Positions 60,078 to 64,000 of a DNA stretch of 64,000 nucleotides are shown one piece after another. Numbering within the stretch: the stretch's first letter is position 1; each line of letters opens with the position of its first letter. The position numbers were made by a program, and so were the translations under genes. Origin of the DNA: the human T2T-CHM13v2.0 reference genome, Homo sapiens; assembly GCF_009914755.1 (NCBI RefSeq), contig NC_060927.1. The stretch is one strand, 5' to 3'. The notes under the pieces are model-generated. The model was not told where the DNA came from. It saw only the letters and a program-made list of their open reading frames with translations, and searched no databases.

Positions 60078-61040
60078 ACACAAATGGACAGACACACAAA
60101 TGGCCAGCAAGTATATGAAAGGTGCATAGTATTTCACTTAGCATAGTATCTTCCACCTCTACATCACTAATCATCAGAAAAATGCAGATTGAAATCGCAG
60201 TGAGAAACCTCCTCCCACCTTTTAGAATGGCTATTCAAACAACAATAACAACAAAAGATAAGTGTGAGCAAAGCTGTAGAGAAAGAGGAAGCTTTGCACA
60301 CTATCAGTAGAAATGTAAGTTGGTACAATCAATATAAAAAACACTATGGAGATTCCTCAAAAAATTAAAAAAAGAATTACCTTATGATCCATCAATCTCC
60401 ATTCTGGGTATTTATCCAAAAAAACTGAAATCAAAAGATCTCAGAGACATATCTGCACTCATGTTCATTCTAACATTATTCACAATAATTAAGATATAGA
60501 AACAACCCAAGTGTACATCAACAGATGAATAAAGAAAATGTAACATATGTACACAATGGCATACTATCTTCTAAAAAAGAAGAAAACCCTGCCATTTGTG
60601 ACAACATGATGGAGGTAGAAGATACTATGCTAAGTGAAATAAGCCAGATGCGGAATGACAAATACTGTATGATATCTCTTACATGTGGAATCTAAAACTG
60701 TCAAATTCATAGAAGTAGACAGTAGAGTGATAGTTACCAAGAGATGGCAGAAGGCAGATATGGAGAGATGTTGGTCAAAGGATACAAAGTTTCAGTTATA
60801 CAAGATGAATAAGGTCTGGAAATCTACAGCATGGTGACTATAGGTAACAACGCTGTAATGCGTACTTGACATTTTCTAAGAGGGTAGACCCTAAGTGTTG
60901 TCAGCACACGAAAACACAAATGGTAACCTTGTAAGGTGATAGATTTTGTTAATTAGCTTGATTGTAGTGATTATTTCAATGTGTCTGTGTTGGGGGGCGG
61001 GTGTTGGATACCTTAATGTACACAATAAAAATAAATTTTA
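60078..61040 (+). mobile_element. L1MA (7/8-like) ORF2 C-terminus plus 3' UTR
   Basis: acatcactaatcatcag...ctaagtgaaataagccag...gagggtagaccctaagtgttg...aataaa. Confidence 0.9.
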
Positions 61041-61339
61041 TAATAGAACTCAGAACATACTGCCAAAAAAAGAACAAGAAAGCAAAATGAATGAACAGCA
61101 AGGATCAACAACCAACAAGATGAAAGTTTATGTGTGTTAAATATAAAATATGCTTTTTAGTTAAAAACCAGCTGTATAACATGAGATGAGCGAGAAGTCT
61201 AACTTAAGAGTAGTTCATAACAAGATCATCTTATGTTCACAGATGAGAATATCACAACTGCTATAACAGTGATTGCCTGATGTGGACCAAAATTGATGGA
61301 AGCAGAAACTCAACAATTGGGTAGACACTGTGTTCTCCA

Positions 61340-61560
61340 GTTGCCAGCAACACTCAAAGACATGTCTTAAGTTCCAGGAAGTAAATTTTGAGCAGGGTAT
61401 TGAGAAATAACAGTTCATACAGAAAAGTGTGGCTACCATGCTTAAAGGTAAGGAAATCTCATAAAATGAGGACTGCTTGAAGGAACTTGTTTTAGCTCAG
61501 AGAAAATCAAAAAAATAAAAGGATCATGAAAGTTTTTCAAATACAAGAAAGTCAAGCATG
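61340..61560 (+). mobile_element. L3/CR1 relic
   Basis: atgaggactgcttgaaggaacttgtttagctcagagaaaa...ttttcaaata resembles the CR1 RT 3' region (YEERLKELGLFSLEKR). Confidence 0.55.
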
Positions 61561-62627
61561 GGTTTAAAAAAGCACCTGTGATTGTGATAAATGGGTACAA
61601 ATAAAAGGGAGGTGGATTATGGTTTAATTTATTGAATATAATTCTACCAATTAATTCATTTTCCACCAAACATTAAGCTGGTGTCTCCCTTTGTAAGTAA
61701 AAGCAGAGGATATTTTCTCATTTGCTTTACAAGGACTCGTAAATGTTAGATCTTTGTGACTAGCAGAACATTACACATGTTTCATAATAAGTTATATTTA
61801 TTGTTACTAACTCTTGGAAGAAGTGTAAGGGTTTCAGTTGTTCTGAATGGGACCATTGTCTTATAAGACCATGAATTTGATAGCTACTTATTAACTAGGG
61901 AGAAAAATTCCATAAAATATTTGGAAGCAAGTTGATTTAATATATTATATTTCATGTACTTCTCATGTAGCACCCAGCAATATAAGGGGGGTTGAAAAAT
62001 CTTTAAGAAAAGTTATTTTTCACATTGAATTACATACCTCATATCTTCCATATTCTTGTTTTAGTGAAAAGTTTAAGATTTAAATAGCATGATAGTCTAG
62101 GCCCAAGAAAAATAGGTTATTTTTCTTACAAATTGAATGCAATAGGACTTTATGATCTTATTGTAAATTTCTCCATAGGTGAGTATAAGATCTGTGATAT
62201 TCATGTATAGGTGTGTGTATTTGTAATGTACACTCTTCAGTCATAAAATTGTCCTGAGTATCTAGTTTATAATAACAAACTACCAGCCTCAGGATATGTT
62301 ACAGACAGCCTTTGTTTTCCTACAGTACGATGCCACTGTTATTAGCAAATAGCTTCCCAATGGGAGACGGTTGCCTTTTGAATTCATTTGACATTGACAA
62401 AGGAGTATAGCTTGGGATGAGAAAGTTCTCTTTATTCTACATCTTTCTATATAGTCCTAGAATATGAAGTGTTCATACTGGTCAGAAAATTGAGTACAAT
62501 AGGGCAGAGCTCAGAGTGCTGTTAGTTTCAACTCTGATACTTTATTAAGTTGTATAGGATAACATACTGTATACGGGAGAGTTCTTTGTGTTCCTTTCGG
62601 AATCATTTTGCCTAACATGAGAAACAA

Positions 62628-62662
62628 GCGCGCACACACACACACACACACACACACGCGCA
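62628..62662. repeat. (CA)n flanked by (CG)
   Basis: gcgcgcacacac...acacgcgc. Confidence 0.9.
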
Positions 62663-62777
62663 GAGCTGTGGAATTTTTAAAGAAAATTCCTAACACAATT
62701 TTCATATATTTTTCCCTTGGAAAGAGTAAAACAATAGTCACAAAACTATGGTTAGGTTTATATATGCTTTTTATCAG

Positions 62778-63124
62778 TGTAATGGTCTAAATGTTAGTGT
62801 CCCCCCAAAACAAAATTCATATGTTAAAATCTTCATTTCCAAGCTGATGGTATTAGGAGTAAAGTATTTAGATTATGCAGAGGACATATTGTTCTTTTTT
62901 ATAAAACAGACCTCAGGGAACTCTCTACCGCCTTCCACCATATGAGGACATAGGAAAAAGAGAGCCATCTAGGAACTAGGAGATGAGCCTTCATAAGACA
63001 CTGATTCTGCTACCATTTTGATCTTGGACTTCCCACCCTTCAAACTGTGAGATACAAGTTTCTGTTGTGTATAGGCTACTCACTGTATGATATTTTCCTA
63101 TAGCAACCCTGAAAGACTAAGACA
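62778..63124 (+). mobile_element. MLT1A-type MaLR solo LTR
   Basis: tgtaatggtctaaatgtt...gactaagaca; 5-bp TSD atcag at 62773-62777 and 63125-63129. Confidence 0.9.
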
Positions 63125-64000
63125 ATCAGTGTGCATTAGAGATAAGTTATATCGATTATGAGGACCCCAGATAAATTCCCTTTAGTATTTTTTCCTATAA
63201 GAAATGAAAAGTATTTGGCCCTGTATCTTCCACTAATCTAAATAGGCAGTGAAGAAAATAATACAACAAATATTATTGCAACAGAATAACAAGCCTCTAT
63301 TTCGACGTGACAGCCTTGAAGTAGAAAGAGAAATTAAGAGCACTCCTCCATCTCATTAGAAATAGGTCTGCGTGAATAGTAGGGCCTTTATAAATTGATT
63401 AATAACAGAAGCCACAAAGATGCTGCATTCTTTTTGTTAGATGATACTATACTACAACACTCAAGTCAACCCTGGTAATTTTTCCTGTAAATTTAAGCCA
63501 AATAATTCAAAACAGGTGTATATTATTGCTAAATCATTATCCAACTACCTGTCACAGAACAGTTTTGGTGTCATTAAATGTCGTTTATGATTATTCCATG
63601 CGTATTACAAAGAAAGTGCTGGAGTTTACATTTATCCCTGTGGAATATAATTTTATTATTTGATTTTATCCTTCCTCATGTTTGACAATAGTTTGGGTTG
63701 TTGTAGTTTGTTTTTTGTTTGCTTGGTTTTTTTTCTTGTGTATTTATGCTGTCACACAAAATGTTTGCACCTATCCCAGCTACGTCTGTTCTGTGCCATC
63801 TGTGCACCTTACTGTCATATAGCCTATGTCATTGTGCAAGTCATTAATATAAATATTGAAAAAGATTATCCCCAGGACATATGGTTAGAGGCTTCCATCA
63901 TAGCAGAAAGCAAATCTAAACCTCTAAACTTTGGTTACAGTAGCTTAACAACGTAAGAAGCCATGCAATAATATTAGAATTTAATCCAAAGCTCTTTATC

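Overview
AT-rich, repeat-dominated primate genomic DNA (human or great ape, judged from AluY and L1PA3/4-type inserts), typical of a gene desert or a very large intron. I can support no protein-coding gene, tRNA, rRNA or CRISPR array: the ORFs I could place are decayed L1 ORF1/ORF2, Alu, LTR or microsatellite read-outs, and the rest look like chance ORFs. Main contents are many L1 fragments (mostly + strand), a near-full-length L1PA13-like element (~29.6-37.1 kb) hit by four Alus, a complete two-LTR non-autonomous ERV1 provirus with a Pro-type PBS (44435-51590, TSD AAAT), solo LTRs, DNA-transposon MITEs (MER44A/B, MER104, MADE1), MIR/L2/L3 relics and microsatellites. Subfamily names come from my recall of consensus sequences and need RepeatMasker/Dfam confirmation. 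I found no convincing new biological system. The best leads are a perfect 61-bp duplication plus fold-back hairpin inside the provirus, a probable L1 3' transduction nested in an older L1, several templated inverted insertions, a possible LTR-driven spliced transcript, a candidate minus-strand exon and a MADE1 (miR-548-type) hairpin.
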